Source: Phoronis australis (Eukaryota > Animalia > Phoronida). From it: a stretch of DNA of 64,000 nucleotides. Positions 22,475 to 35,300 of this stretch are shown in pieces (the first letter of the stretch is position 1; each line of letters begins with the position of its first letter). A program made the position numbers and the translations under genes. The notes beneath the pieces were generated by a model. That model had not been told where the DNA came from, searched no databases, and worked only from the letters and a program-made list of their open reading frames with translations. Location: assembly GCA_002633005.1 (NCBI GenBank), contig NMRA01000296.1, positions 62,001 through 126,000 of the forward strand. The letters run 5' to 3'.

Positions 22475-25400
22475 TGCAGCCTCATTTTTAAAAAATCATT
22501 ATTTTGGCCCATATTTTTAGAGATCGAAGCCCCTTGTTAGAATTCGTAATTAAGGTGATTGCGCCAGGCTTGAGAAACGACTCGAGAAGCCTCAATTAAC
22601 GCAATAGGTGAAACGCGTAAATTTATAGTAACAATAACACGTTACTTTCTATGAGAGACACAACACAACTCCGTCTGACGACGTCAAGAATGAAGTGGAG
22701 GAGAGCCAGACAGGAGAAGGATTTAATCCAAAGTTCCCCTTTGCCCCGCTGAAGTAGCCTTGGACGGGACTATGGCCTACGATATTTCCGACGCGGGAGA
22801 TGCAAAACAAGCAACAACGCTCTCTCGGACGTTGTTTCTTCGTGAAAATTCAGCGCTGTCAATTTGAGTTATTCAACTCTTAAGTTAACGATTTCGGCTT
22901 AGCTTAAATAGCGCTGCATGAGTCTTTAATAATTAACCTGTGCAATCTGATGTAATGTTAATTTGATTTCTGAGAGTAATATTTTTATTGCTTACATTGT
23001 TTATGGAATTAATTGTATCGTTCCATGACGAGGCTGTTACTTTTCACATCTATAGAGACCCCTGGTGGAATTTAATGGAATACCACCCTAGGGGTGGCGA
23101 CTGTATCGCTTAAAACGAATATAAACCCGTGCTAGCGTTATACAAAAACAACTAAATGATTTAGGCCACTTACAGTTATGAAATGTTCTGGAAGTTATTC
23201 CCCAGTCAAAAAGATGAGATTCCTGAACTTTGAAGGAACTGAGAGTACGCTAATGATTAAGGCGGGTCTCTGACTTGTGTCATCATCTGGTCTTCAGAAC
23301 AATGGCGAACTGTTAGTTTTTTGCGAGTCCAAAATCAGTTATCATCTGAGTAAGGAACACGTCGAGATTAAGTTTATAATGGTAAGGGAACGTTCCGCAC
23401 GTATTACGTCATCCAAAATTTCCCACTGTTCACCCCCTCTGTCATTACCTGTCATTACGATCTAACCCACCCCCCGTTCAGCCTCTAATTACCGTCATCA
23501 CAGGCAAACCTCCGCCCCTGTTTTTGGAGTAACTGACAGCTGGTTGGAGATTCTGTCTTTATGATTCAAGACAAACTAATATCGCTTTACACGATAAGTT
23601 CCATTTGCCACTCTTGTATTCAGAAGTCAAATAAAATACGTCATTTTAACTATCAAACCAAAAGTAATGAATATTTTCATGCCTACATCAAAGGAGTGAA
23701 GACATGGCTGGAAAACATGTTTTAATAATGGCGTCCTTTGTATGGCTGCCATCTCTGTCCTGCGTCAGCTGCTGTATCTTTATGCAGGATCTTTATGACA
23801 TGAGATTTGGCAGATGTGTTTCTATAAAGCAGACGAAGACGAATGTCGGGACAATCCGACTACTGCTCAGCCCTCTAGTAACCCTTGTGGTGATTTTGTA
23901 TTTTTGTGACCGTGGCTAGGTCTACTAAATGTGACAATGACTGCCCACGAGTTTTTGTACGACTCTGACTTCCGCTGTGCCCACTAGTGACAATTTTAGT
24001 TTCTGTGTTTGCGTTTGTGTCTTTGGAGTCCCTTATAGGATTTTCATGAATTTTGGCAAATAGTTTTGTATTAAAGAGACTACGCCTTCGCAGTTTTAGA
24101 CGGGTTTGACGTAGTCTGCGCATTGTAACAGTCATTTCTATGATACTAAAAACACCTCTTGAGTCAAGCCGTTTGGGATACAGTAGTGGGTGCATTTCAA
24201 TGTTCCACGTTAGTTGCTCTTCTACTATTAAGTTACACTATCGACTTCTGATACTCCTCTGAATCAGCAATCTGGAGAGCAAAACTTGAGACTTGACAAT
24301 GAAACGAAGTATGGTTGGTATGATAGCAAATTAAAACAACTCTGGCATGTTTAATGTGATAACGAAAAAATCCGTCGCAACACTGCATATATGCGTAACA
24401 AGCTCACAATGTAAAATCCCATATCCTGCTTAATATGACCACTCCTGTCACTGTGGTGATTGTCAGTGATAGACAGTGACGGAATGGGGCTGACGTTTGT
24501 GTACATATTTATAAGGCAGGCTAAGCCTAGTGAAATATCATCAAATCTTGGTGGATGCGTGAAACGGTAGGTCACGGTTTTGGATATAGTTGATTCTGTT
24601 AGAAAGCGAACCAGTTTGTCATCGATAGGTACTGTGATGGAGAGATTCTAATAAACCAGATGACGTCACCGTGAGTCTAACCCCGTCTGCCATAAATCGC
24701 CATCTTTTCCAAACCCCTCTCCCCCTCGAGTGATGACGTAATATGTGACCGCTCCTTAAGTGGTCTAAAACAAAAATTACTTTTTCTGAATGTACGCAGG
24801 TTTATAGCCAATGATGTGAAAATCTTACTTACAACTATACATTTTCTATCGTTTCCTCACAAGATACCCTGTAGTTTCAAAGAAGATTGGTCGGTCCGCG
24901 TACGACGTGTTATAGGCGCCTCGATGATGTATCGGCCTACATACCTTTAAATCGGTTTCAATGTATCAACTAAAATTACCAAAGACTCTCGCTCCTCTGC
25001 TTTCTTAAACACATAATGGGTCACACTAGTCGATATCACGTGTTCAGCTAGACGTACTGGTAATTAACGAGAATTGTTGTCGCCCCAAGCGGAAGATAAC
25101 GTCACCACTTCGTAGCACAGCACCTTCGGTTATCACTAATCTTGTGCCGCTGCCGGAGGCCTTAGTAAAAGAGTCACTTGTGAATATTAAATAAACCGAT
25201 TTGGCAACATTTATTGTGTGAAGTTGAAAGGAAGCCCAAAGGCATGAAGCCAAATCGCCACATCATCTTTCATAGTTTTGTTACTCATAGTTTCATTTAA
25301 TCGTCATTCACATAGTGATTAAAAAGCAATACATAGACGCTTGTCAAGGATAGGCAGACGTGAAGTATACGCAAATGTTATAGTAGTGGAGCGAAAAACG

Positions 25401-25627
25401 TTCGCTAAAAAAACTGTTAAGAGCCATTCCAAAAGAAAATCAAAAGAAATAAAAAATCACCTAGCTTAAATTTTTTTATTTGATCATGGTGTGTTTCGGA
25501 TACAAAAATCACTAATTTTGCACTTGTTTATCTTTTAATTTTTACCTATGGGCTTCCAAAGGTTCACGATGAAAATGACGCGTTTTTGCATACTGAAAAA
25601 AGTATCTTTCTAATATTAAAATCAGCT

Positions 25628-26523
25628 AGATTGCATGCAATGACAGAAAACACATAATGAGATTAGACAGCCATACATAAGGAGTCCCAAATAAAATTAA
25701 TACAAATAATTTCGCTGCATCTATCACGTGACATGCGAGAGCACTTTTTGTAGCGTTGAAAGCGGGTGTCACTCACGTTCTTCTACAAGCCAGTTTGTGG
25801 GGATGTGGACATTAAAGGAGAATGCTACCCGATTTAATTAGTCTTTTTTGCCGTCTTAATCGGTCTATATCCACCTCGCCTCGCATACGGTCGACCTTAC
25901 CTTGCCAAGATGTGTCGCGTTAACCTGTGAGGAAGGTGAGAAACGACGCTAGCGACGTCAGTGGTTCATATGCAGAGTGAATGCAGCTATGTTGCGGTGC
26001 ATCGTTCCCGCTTGTCCGAACTAAGCAGCTGCGAGGAAAGCGGGTATAACGTTTTACTTACTTCCTCGAGAGTCCAAAATGCTTAGGAAGTGGCTCATGG
26101 TAGTGAAGAGTGAAATGTACGCTGTAAATAACAAGTATGAGGCCGTGAAACATCTCCGTGTCTGAGGCCTGCAGACGAGTCGACCCGTGTGCCTGACGAA
26201 TGCCGGCTTACCAAATAACTCGAGCATACGTTCCGTTGTCTGAGCTTGTTCAAAGCGCCTCTCTAGTATTTCTTCATCACCCGTTTTTGCACACCGTAAA
26301 AAAGCAATTTTTCAATGTCAAAAATAGGTAGATTGCATGCAATGACAGAAAACACATGAGATTAGAAAGTCATACATAAGGATTCCCAAATAAAATTGAT
26401 ACAAATAATTTCGCTGCATCTATCACGTGACATACAGTGTAGGAGAGCACTTTTTGTAGTGTTGAAAGTGGGTGTCACTCAAGTGCTTCTACAAGCCAGT
26501 TTGCGAGACTGTGAACATTAAAA
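25628..26523. repeat. ~190-bp direct repeats (25628-25817, 26329-26523) around an intervening TE-like segment
   Basis: TAGATTGCATGCAATGACAGAAAACACAT...CTTCTACAAGCCAGTTTG...ACATTAAA occurs twice with scattered differences. Confidence 0.75.
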
Positions 26524-29500
26524 GCTGTGTTTATGGATAGCTTTTGGATGTATGAAAAAATTTAAGAAATCTCTCGAATGGGCTTTTTATTTTTGTTCTA
26601 TAATGTCCCAATATTTCGTATTCTGCACTTTTTAAGCGAATGTTTTTTATAACTTCATTACATTTAAATGGCTTCAAGCAGAAAAAATGAAGATCAACAT
26701 TTTAGAGACCATAATTCTGTTTGACAGTGGGTCAGAGGTTACATATGCACAGGTGATGACACACTTGCCTGTTGCCATTACCCAAAACGATTAACTCCTA
26801 TTGAGGCAATTTTAAGGCTGATATGAATAATTGACGTTATTTTTAATGAAAGTTTCTGATTTGTGCACTATTTAAAGAGAATTGACGTCTTATCTATCTT
26901 CAGAATTAAGGTTCGGGTAAATCGAATATCATTTCTTTTCGCTTTGAAGAAAAAGCCTATATCACAGGAAAGGTATCGTTGTCTGCAATACAAAAATGGA
27001 AAAAATATCAAAGTGGCACAGTGCCTTCAAAAGTTGTCACAATTTTGTATCAAAATTTGACTCACTTTTTATCGAGTCGGCCATCTTGGACGACAGCTGC
27101 GTGGGTTACGAGTTTAAAAATGTTTATATTTTTTGTCACAAATATTCTGCAGTAAAATTTAGTGAGACGTTTCTTTACCAACAATTCGTACGATTTAAAA
27201 CTTTTAAGCTCATATTGAAATAACTTTGTATATCTATTGTAACGAGTGTCAGGTAGTAAGGTGAACTTTTATCACGGCACAGCATCTGCTAGCAGTTGGC
27301 GAGTGGGGAGGTCACAGGTTGGACATAGTAACGGACTCCAAAATGCTAAAACTGTCTCTGTTGGTGCAGCACAGGTTAGAATTATTCGAAAACATGTATG
27401 TGCCATTTTTTCGAGAATAGAAGTATTTTGCCCAAATTTCATGAAATTCACGAAAGAAATCCAGTCACAGAAACTGCTGCCAGGGAGATTAGCAGTAGAC
27501 GAATCATCTAAAATTTGACATTGATCAATTTCATAACCATAGAGACGTAACAAAATAATGGGGCTATTCGGAGAATTCTCCTCGCGGTGTCGCTGCTGTA
27601 CTAGTGGTGATTGAATTGCGCATGCGTGGCTGTCTGCATGTAAACAACTGGTAAAAGATGGGATTTTTTTCAAAATACGTCGTCGCGCTAAGCCTTATTA
27701 CTGCTAATTTCCCTGGTGCAAGTCTTCGACAGGTGGCCACAAATTCCCAAAAGACCTAAGGTTACTATATTCGTGGACACTTGCGGTCAACAGGGTCAAC
27801 TAACTGACAAAAAGTATGTGGATGCTGAAGCACTGCGTGTGCTCTATGACCATGTCTATGCACTATGCACTTCCCGGCATTCGGAGACTACTACACAACA
27901 TTACTTGGTAAGTTTTTAGCAATCAGTTTCTATCAACATCGTTCGGTGATGCTATCCCCACCAGTTACCCCACTGAATAACAGGTTTATTGAGAGGAACT
28001 AAGTGTTTCTTTTTGGAAACTCACGCGATGCCCCGGGGTAGGCTAGCAGCACATATTGTCCTGGGTGGGAGTGCTCCCAAAATAAGAGGTGTATGGTACG
28101 TGATGCACAGAAGTCAAGAGTGACTTTTTCACAGCAGTTTCTCTTCAAAACTATGCTGTTTCCAATAAAATTCTCTAGATGAGTGTGTTTCCTTATTTTA
28201 TCGTGGACCCCACCCCCAGGACCACCAGCTCAGTTACCGAATTAACATGAATAAGCCTTAATTCAGTAAATGTCGTAACATTGCATTGGAAAAAAATGCT
28301 TGTTGAGATCAGAAGCACATTTTAAGTGTCATGAAAAATNCTTTTTATTTGTTATTTTTCTTAGTCAGATAACAAACCGGTGGAAAATATTATCTAAAAT
28401 CGCTAGCACCCTGCAAAAGTTCCATAAATCAAATACACGAAATTTGTTAAACTTTAGCGAATTTTGGCAAATTTTGGCCTTCTAATTAACGTTAACGGAA
28501 ACCCCTTTGAAAATGCAAAGACTATCTGAAGTTCTAATAAAGAGGTTCAATGTCTACATAAACATAAAGATTTTTTCTTTCCCGTTCTTCTAAACTGTTT
28601 TAAAAGTGTTTTATTTACTGAACCTCTTGAACACAAAACGGACTATTCTGTGCCAAAATATTCAAAATGCCCTAAAATAATGGCTCAATTTTTTGAAATA
28701 AACATTCTAAACACATCTCACCAGGATGCATGAACTCAAAAACTTTTTTACGATCTGAGTCAGTGACCCTAGAGTCGACCTTATAATGGTGTCGTGCTAT
28801 GACGGTTAAAAGCCGACCAATTAGTGGAGTTGGCGGTTTGCCAAAATGTTTACAATGACTGTCAACTGTTCATGATTTGACTTTGTGTTTGAAGATACTC
28901 TTATTTTGTCCGATAAGTCATAAGTTTCAGGAACTTTGGCGCTGAACAGCTGGAAAGGGGATGTTTTCTATAGATTATGAATGCCTGGGCCTTTTCTTCG
29001 ACCACTTGTTGCTGTTTGACCTTCAAGTTCGTAATACCTTTGGAACTCATATCTGCTAGTTATATTTAGCCCTATGTCATTTTCAACTGTTTACGTAGCA
29101 GGGCCCCCGTTATCACAAGGCAAACGGTCACACAGAGGTACTCTGTGATGCAGATACGAATCGATCTCGTACTTTGTTTCAATTCTCAGTTCAGCAGAAA
29201 AACCTGACCACCAGTTCAGACTAAAACATCGTTACTCTTTGCGAGTCGATGTATTAAGGTAAGAATGTCAATAATTATGGGAGAAATGCGGGAAATGATA
29301 TAAACGCATCCAGATTTTCTGAGTTGGAAATTGAGGATGGTTAATTCAAAGAATGGATTGTTGTAACTCTTCATAATGTACGTAATCCGATGTTAAACGT
29401 AAGAACGCCACAATCTCCGAAAACAATTTGTATGACACGTGTATTTTCAAATTGAGACCAAGGCAAACATCTTATTGTGATCTTGAGTAACAGGTCTGGC

Positions 29501-30081
29501 TGAAATATTGATTGTATTCTGACTGACGTTATCAGTACGAAGAACACAATAGACAGATTCAATATATTGATCATCTGAGAATTTCTTGTGTTTGTGTCAG
29601 TCACAATCCGGACAGATTGGCTACTCGACCACAATAACAGGACCTTTCAACCAGAGTGCAGTTGCTATAGGTGTAGATCCAATATATCACGAGGGTCGAC
29701 ATTCGAACCTAAGCGTTGCACATGCTTTCAGACTTTTTCATCGGCAGTTTTAGGAGGGCTAGATGCCCCGCTTCCGTCCGCACACGACCAATAAAAATAC
29801 GTGTTGTTTTGGGGTGCTGCAAATGCTTATTCTGCTTAAAATGTAACAATTGTGACCAGTGATCGCCCCGTCATAACATCCTAGTCTCCCCAGTGATTTA
29901 ATTTAGGGTACGCTTCAAGTTCAAATGATGTATTACAGACGACAACAACAAAATAAAAAAGTAAACTTTGCCGTCGTTTTAACTATTTTGTTGCTACCGA
30001 GAGAGGACGTCGGCCTCCTCAGTAATTGTGAATCTGTATAAAATTACAAACATATTTGTTGCTTGCAGAAGCCGATACAGA

Positions 30082-30651
30082 ATGCGACGCGGGGAACCCA
30101 GGGATGCGTCTCACAACTTGGCACTGAGTGTGATTCATCTCACGTGCGCTGTGGTGTCGCTGGGACTTGGCATAACACAGCTAGCCATGCGATCTGAACC
30201 CGTTCATTTCTGGTCGCTCAGTCTTTTGTCATCTGGGACATGGTCAGGTGTCGTATTTCTAGTCACCGGAGTTGTGGGCCTCAAATCATGGAACTCGCCA
30301 ACTCGTTGTTCTGCTACAACCATTCTCACATTTTCCGTGATTTCAGCCTTTGTCGCCTTCTTGTATACAATGTTTTCGGTAATTTTGATCTGTTTGGACT
30401 CGGCATATTATATCCAATGGCCTTTTTACGTTGACGTTGCTCAATGCATATTCGGGGTTGTTGAAGTGATAGTCGCTATTGTTCACGCGGCTGTCACATG
30501 CAGCACAATGGGCTGCGCGTGCTGTTCATGTTGTCCTGGAAACGAAGAGCCCGAAGTTGACTTCAGGATTGGTGGCGTTGATATGGATGACGAAAGAGAC
30601 CCGCTCGTTTGGAGAAAAGGAATGGTTAACTATGATACTTTAATACTGTGA
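30082..30651 (+). CDS. MS4A/CD20-like four-transmembrane protein (189 aa), single coding exon
   Basis: Four hydrophobic segments, a GTWSGVVFLVTGVVG motif typical of the CD20-like TM2, and a Cys cluster after TM4. Acceptor ttgcag| at 30068. Probable 5'UTR exon ending at 29258 (AG|GTAAGA). Confidence 0.8.
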   Translation: MRRGEPRDASHNLALSVIHLTCAVVSLGLGITQLAMRSEPVHFWSLSLLSSGTWSGVVFLVTGVVGLKSWNSPTRCSATTILTFSVISAFVAFLYTMFSVILICLDSAYYIQWPFYVDVAQCIFGVVEVIVAIVHAAVTCSTMGCACCSCCPGNEEPEVDFRIGGVDMDDERDPLVWRKGMVNYDTLIL

Positions 30652-31719
30652 GCGAAACACAATGTGAACGAGCCAAAAATAACCCGTACAATATTTCAAT
30701 GTTTCTGTTATCGAGTGGTCACCCACGACCATTGCGTTATTGCTTTACTATTGTATCCTTGGAAATGGCGGCCGCTGAAATGATTCGTCTGTGGGGTTAG
30801 AATGTTGATTTATGGGATATAATTCCGTTCCGTTTCATAAATATCTCGTCACAAAAGTGTGTTACGTCTACGGACCGCAGCCCTTTTTGCATAAATAATC
30901 TTCAAGCTAATGCTGTATGACTATTGAACTGACGGAAACTTCTAACAAAACAACTCGTTGTATTGTGTTCGCGGAAATAAATATGATCCAGATTTTGTGC
31001 CACAAATGCGGGTACAGAAATGATGCGAGTCGGAGGTGTCTGAGTTGCTGCATGCACACAGCCATCCGAATGTGTTACACCTTTTCTGGCAGAGCTCTGC
31101 TGTAATCACTAAGTCTCGAAATTATTGATGGCAAAATAAGTATCCATCGTTCTGTGCTCGAGTACTATGTGGTATACGCAGATGGCTTTCTAATCCAAGT
31201 TCACATTTGGTGACCCCTGAAATTGAGCTACAAACTCGAGTTCAGAATCGAACTTATAAATAACAGAAATCTTCCAAGCTGACTTGTTATAGAAGATGTC
31301 TGCTTAGAGCTTTGATGTGAGAGTTATCAAGTGGAAAGTTGGATCAGAAACATTTATCTTTACTTCGCCCATATGTAGCACGAAAATGACAAAATAATTT
31401 CTAGCTCAATTCAGGGTACAAATGTTTCATCTTGGGGACAGATGTATGTCAGCATTCGTCTCATCACCATGTCGATAACATTTATATGCAGTCTCGTCTA
31501 CAGTGCGTTGTCTATCACCAAAAGATAGCGCCTGTCACGTGCAACTCCCCACTGGATCCGTCGTCATTCTAGAGAGGTGCCAGTGACCACCAGGCTGTTT
31601 TGAAGCTAACTCCAAAAACGTCTTGGTATTCATAAAATGTTCAGTGATGTACTTAACTTGTGTTTTATTGTAAAGCGCATGTATGTTGTAATGATGGAAT
31701 AGCGGTGATAGTACTTGTG

Positions 31720-32360
31720 ACGATGACGATGGAGAGGAAGAAGAAGAAAGAGATAAGAGAAGAATAAAGGGAAAGGTGAAGATGATGATGATGAAGATGA
31801 CGGCGATGATGATTGAAAATGATGATGATGATGATTTAGAATGATGATGATTTAGAATGTTGATGATGATGATGATGATGATGATTTAGAATGATGGTAA
31901 TTTAGAATGATGATGATTTAGAATGATGATGATGATGATGATGATGATGATGGTGATGGTGATGGTGATGGTGATGGTGATGATGGTGATGGTGATGATN
32001 NNNNNNNNNNNNNNNNNNNNNNNNNNNNNNNNNNNNNNNNNNNNNNNNNNNNNNNNNNNNNNNNNNNNNNNNNNNNNNNNNNNNNNNNNNNNNNNNNNNN
32101 NNNNNNNNNNNNNNNNNNNNNNNNNNNNNNNNNNNNNNNNNNNNNNNNNNNNNNNNNNNNNNNNNNNNNNNNNNNNNNNNNNNNNNNNNNNNNNNNNNNN
32201 NNNNNNNNNNNNNNNNNNNNNNNNNNNNNNNNNNNNNNNNNNNNNNNNNNNNNNNNNNNNNATGATGATGATGATGATGACCACGACAGCGACGATGATG
32301 ATGAAAAGTAATAAAAAGAAAGAGAAATGTGACGATGGTCACGATGACAATGATGATGAC
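31720..32360. repeat. (GAT)n/(GATGGT)n microsatellite spanning an assembly gap
   Basis: Visible GAT and GATGGT runs with TTTAGAA interruptions. Ns at 32000-32260. Confidence 0.95.
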
Positions 32361-35300
32361 ATTTTCAATATGTGACTGGGTGGAGGTAAAATTCGTAGCA
32401 AATGAGATTTGGTAACTGACTTCATATTCAGTTTTGAAACAGCATTCAATGTTATTGTTTCTGAGAAGTTTGGAAGTATTATACGTTTATTCATACTCGA
32501 TGCCATCGGCCCACAATACTTACATATCAATCACAACAATAAAATACAGTAAATACGCACACGCATGTGTAGTAGTTTCAATCGTCAAGTAGTTCTTGTC
32601 TTAAAACAGAAGCATGATGTATAAACTTGATTAGGTTTTAAGCACACTGGGATCAGAAATTTTCATTAATCTTGGAAATTCACGATTAGTCGGATTGGTC
32701 CAATATATTCACGGTAACATTCTAATTCTCAGATCATCATGAAATGGGCATATACAAATAAAGTGATATCCATCCTTAATAAAATTGTAATCAAGGCTCT
32801 GGTTACATGAAGAACATTTTCGGAGGTCTTTATCGATTGGTAACTGTCGACCTACCTAAGTTTCTCTGGGCAGCAAGTGAGAAAACTTTCTGTGCTTGGT
32901 AACTGACTTCATATTCAGTTTTAAAATAACATTCAATGTTATGGTTTCTGGGAAGTTTGCAAGTATATTAAGTGTCTCTGGGCAGCAAGTGAGGAAACTA
33001 GTTGTGCTTCAAAACCGACAAGAACGGTACTGTAAACTGAACGGTGTTGCGAACACCAATGTAGCGGACCATCCTTGTATAAACAGTGTCGGCAGAAATC
33101 AATTAAGATTGCGAGAACATTGACTCGACGTCAAATAAAAAATCGCTAATTTCATAAACGCGTGCGTATTATAAATTAAGTCCCATGTGCATGAAATTAT
33201 TTCAAACGTAGATAAAATACACCCACGCTTGGACTTCAGAACGAATCCGAAAGAGTTTGCTCTGAAGTAGCGTCGTACCACCATTTGAAAGAAGATTTAC
33301 ACTACGCAAACGCCAATGTTGTTCAATTTTTAGACATAGGCCTGCAGGAATTTTGGAAATTTTCATTAAAATTTTGTTCTTTTTGATTTGCAATGACTTC
33401 TGGACCATGTTCGGTTAGAATCTCTGGTGTTAGTAATCGTGTGCTCGTGTGCCTAAATGCTCTTTGGAGAATTTAACTATCTGGAACACCTCGGGCATTT
33501 TCGTATCCTCGGAGGGTAACGTTATTGGCGCATGTGCAGTGGCAAGTCATGGGTCTTTCAAACTGGAGAATGATTCGCTCTATGTGTGAAATTCTGACAT
33601 GCGCAGATAATGTTCAGCTCAGTGGCGAGATTTGAGGATAAGAAAATACCTGAGGTGTTACAAAAGGGATTTTTCTGGAGTATGTTCCCGAGCGTTCTCA
33701 GATATCACCTTAAAAGACAATCTTTCATCAGTCCAGGGTGTCTGTTAAACGCTCCGCTCCTCTGCATTCAGTTCAAAATTTACTCAGTTTTTTAAAATCA
33801 GCTTCACTACCATTCTTGGTCCTCTTTTTCTACACTGGTTTGTATTTTATTGTTTTCTGTATAACGTGGTTCTGTTAAGGTTAACGCTTAGGACGCTTTT
33901 TTCACAGGCGCTCAATAAATGGCGTTAATTTTTATAATGATTTACTTTTATTACTGATTACACGTTCATATGAATGACCTTAGTTTGTGTTTTTATTCTT
34001 GTTAGATCAATCGAAAGTAATACAACTGCTTATGAACATGCACTAATTGTCGTATTTGACAAATTAAATTAGATCGAATCAGACTTTAATATTACTTATC
34101 CCATCGAATCAGTATCTGGTTTCTCAGTTTGCCACAGCCAAACTATTTCAATTGCGGAAAAATTCATGGTTTCATCAACTAATAGGTTTGACTTATTATA
34201 CAAATGTACGGAGAAACCGAAGGACTTACATACCACCTGACTCCATTTACAATGAATACATTTGGCAATAAAATCAAACGTTACACGCGAAGAACAGAGA
34301 GAACGAATGGATTTTTACTTTTTGCATGAGTCTGAGAATAGCTAATCTTGACTTGTCACCGAGATGTAAGTGTTCAAGTTTTGTATTGAATTTCAGGGAC
34401 CTGTTTTATGAAAAGTGACTTAACATTTAAATCAGACATTTGGTTTTACGCGCCACACAACTATTTATGAATAGTAATTAAATTTCACTTGAGCAAAGTC
34501 TCTGAGAATACACGGATAACTGCAGGGTGCGAATATAATTTATGTGATTTTTTTTCTGGGATGGCATGGTTACTTGGCAAAACTCTAATCAGCAATAGTG
34601 AAGTGAGAGCGCAAGATCAAATTTCTGCCTTAGGTCTTACGTCATTTCCGTGAAAAAAGGCCATCCCAGGACAAACATCAGCCTCGGCTATTATATTGGG
34701 ACACCCGTGTATTTCAGAAGCGTATCTTGCTTTGTTTGGATTTTGCTTTTAAATCTGTCTCTTGCGTAATTAGAGCTCGTGAGAGCTCCGAGGCGGCTCA
34801 TATATGTACGATAACAAAATGTCGATGTATGGTGTATGCTAATGTAAACACAGAGGCCATTTTGCAAAATTCTTCGAATTAAGAGATGTTTAGCTTAAAG
34901 TTATGAAACTTGAAACTTATGGTATTTGTAAAAAGTATGAGGAAATTGTAACGTTTTCAATTTTTATCGAAGCTGTGAAGCCGATACTGAGGCTAGCTTA
35001 AAAACAGAAGGCTCGAAATACTGGGCTGCGTTCCGTAGATCCAAGAAAAGCCAGTGTGGTCACCTGTTTTGCTTGTACTGCATGGGATTTCTCTCGAAGA
35101 CATGGGTGGTCTTGCGTTTTTGCGAGTTTCATGCGTCTACAGAACGCAAGCCTGGCATTGCTTTGCGCTGTTTGGCGAGGACCTTCCATTGCGCTCGGCA
35201 GATTATCTTATAAATTTGTGACGGCTTAGTTACTAGTCTGAAAACATTTCTCTTACAGGAAAGTGCCCCGTTGTTGTTATTGTGTACATTTTTGACAGAT

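Noticed and set aside
21922-22540. Duplicated ORFs MGHVLSIPK... as a tandem gene pair
   Set aside because: Near-identical copies joined by one N indicate a contig or haplotype overlap, and there is no coding signal.
31886-32375. Poly-His, poly-Met and poly-Ile ORFs
   Set aside because: Translations of a GAT microsatellite plus the assembly gap.
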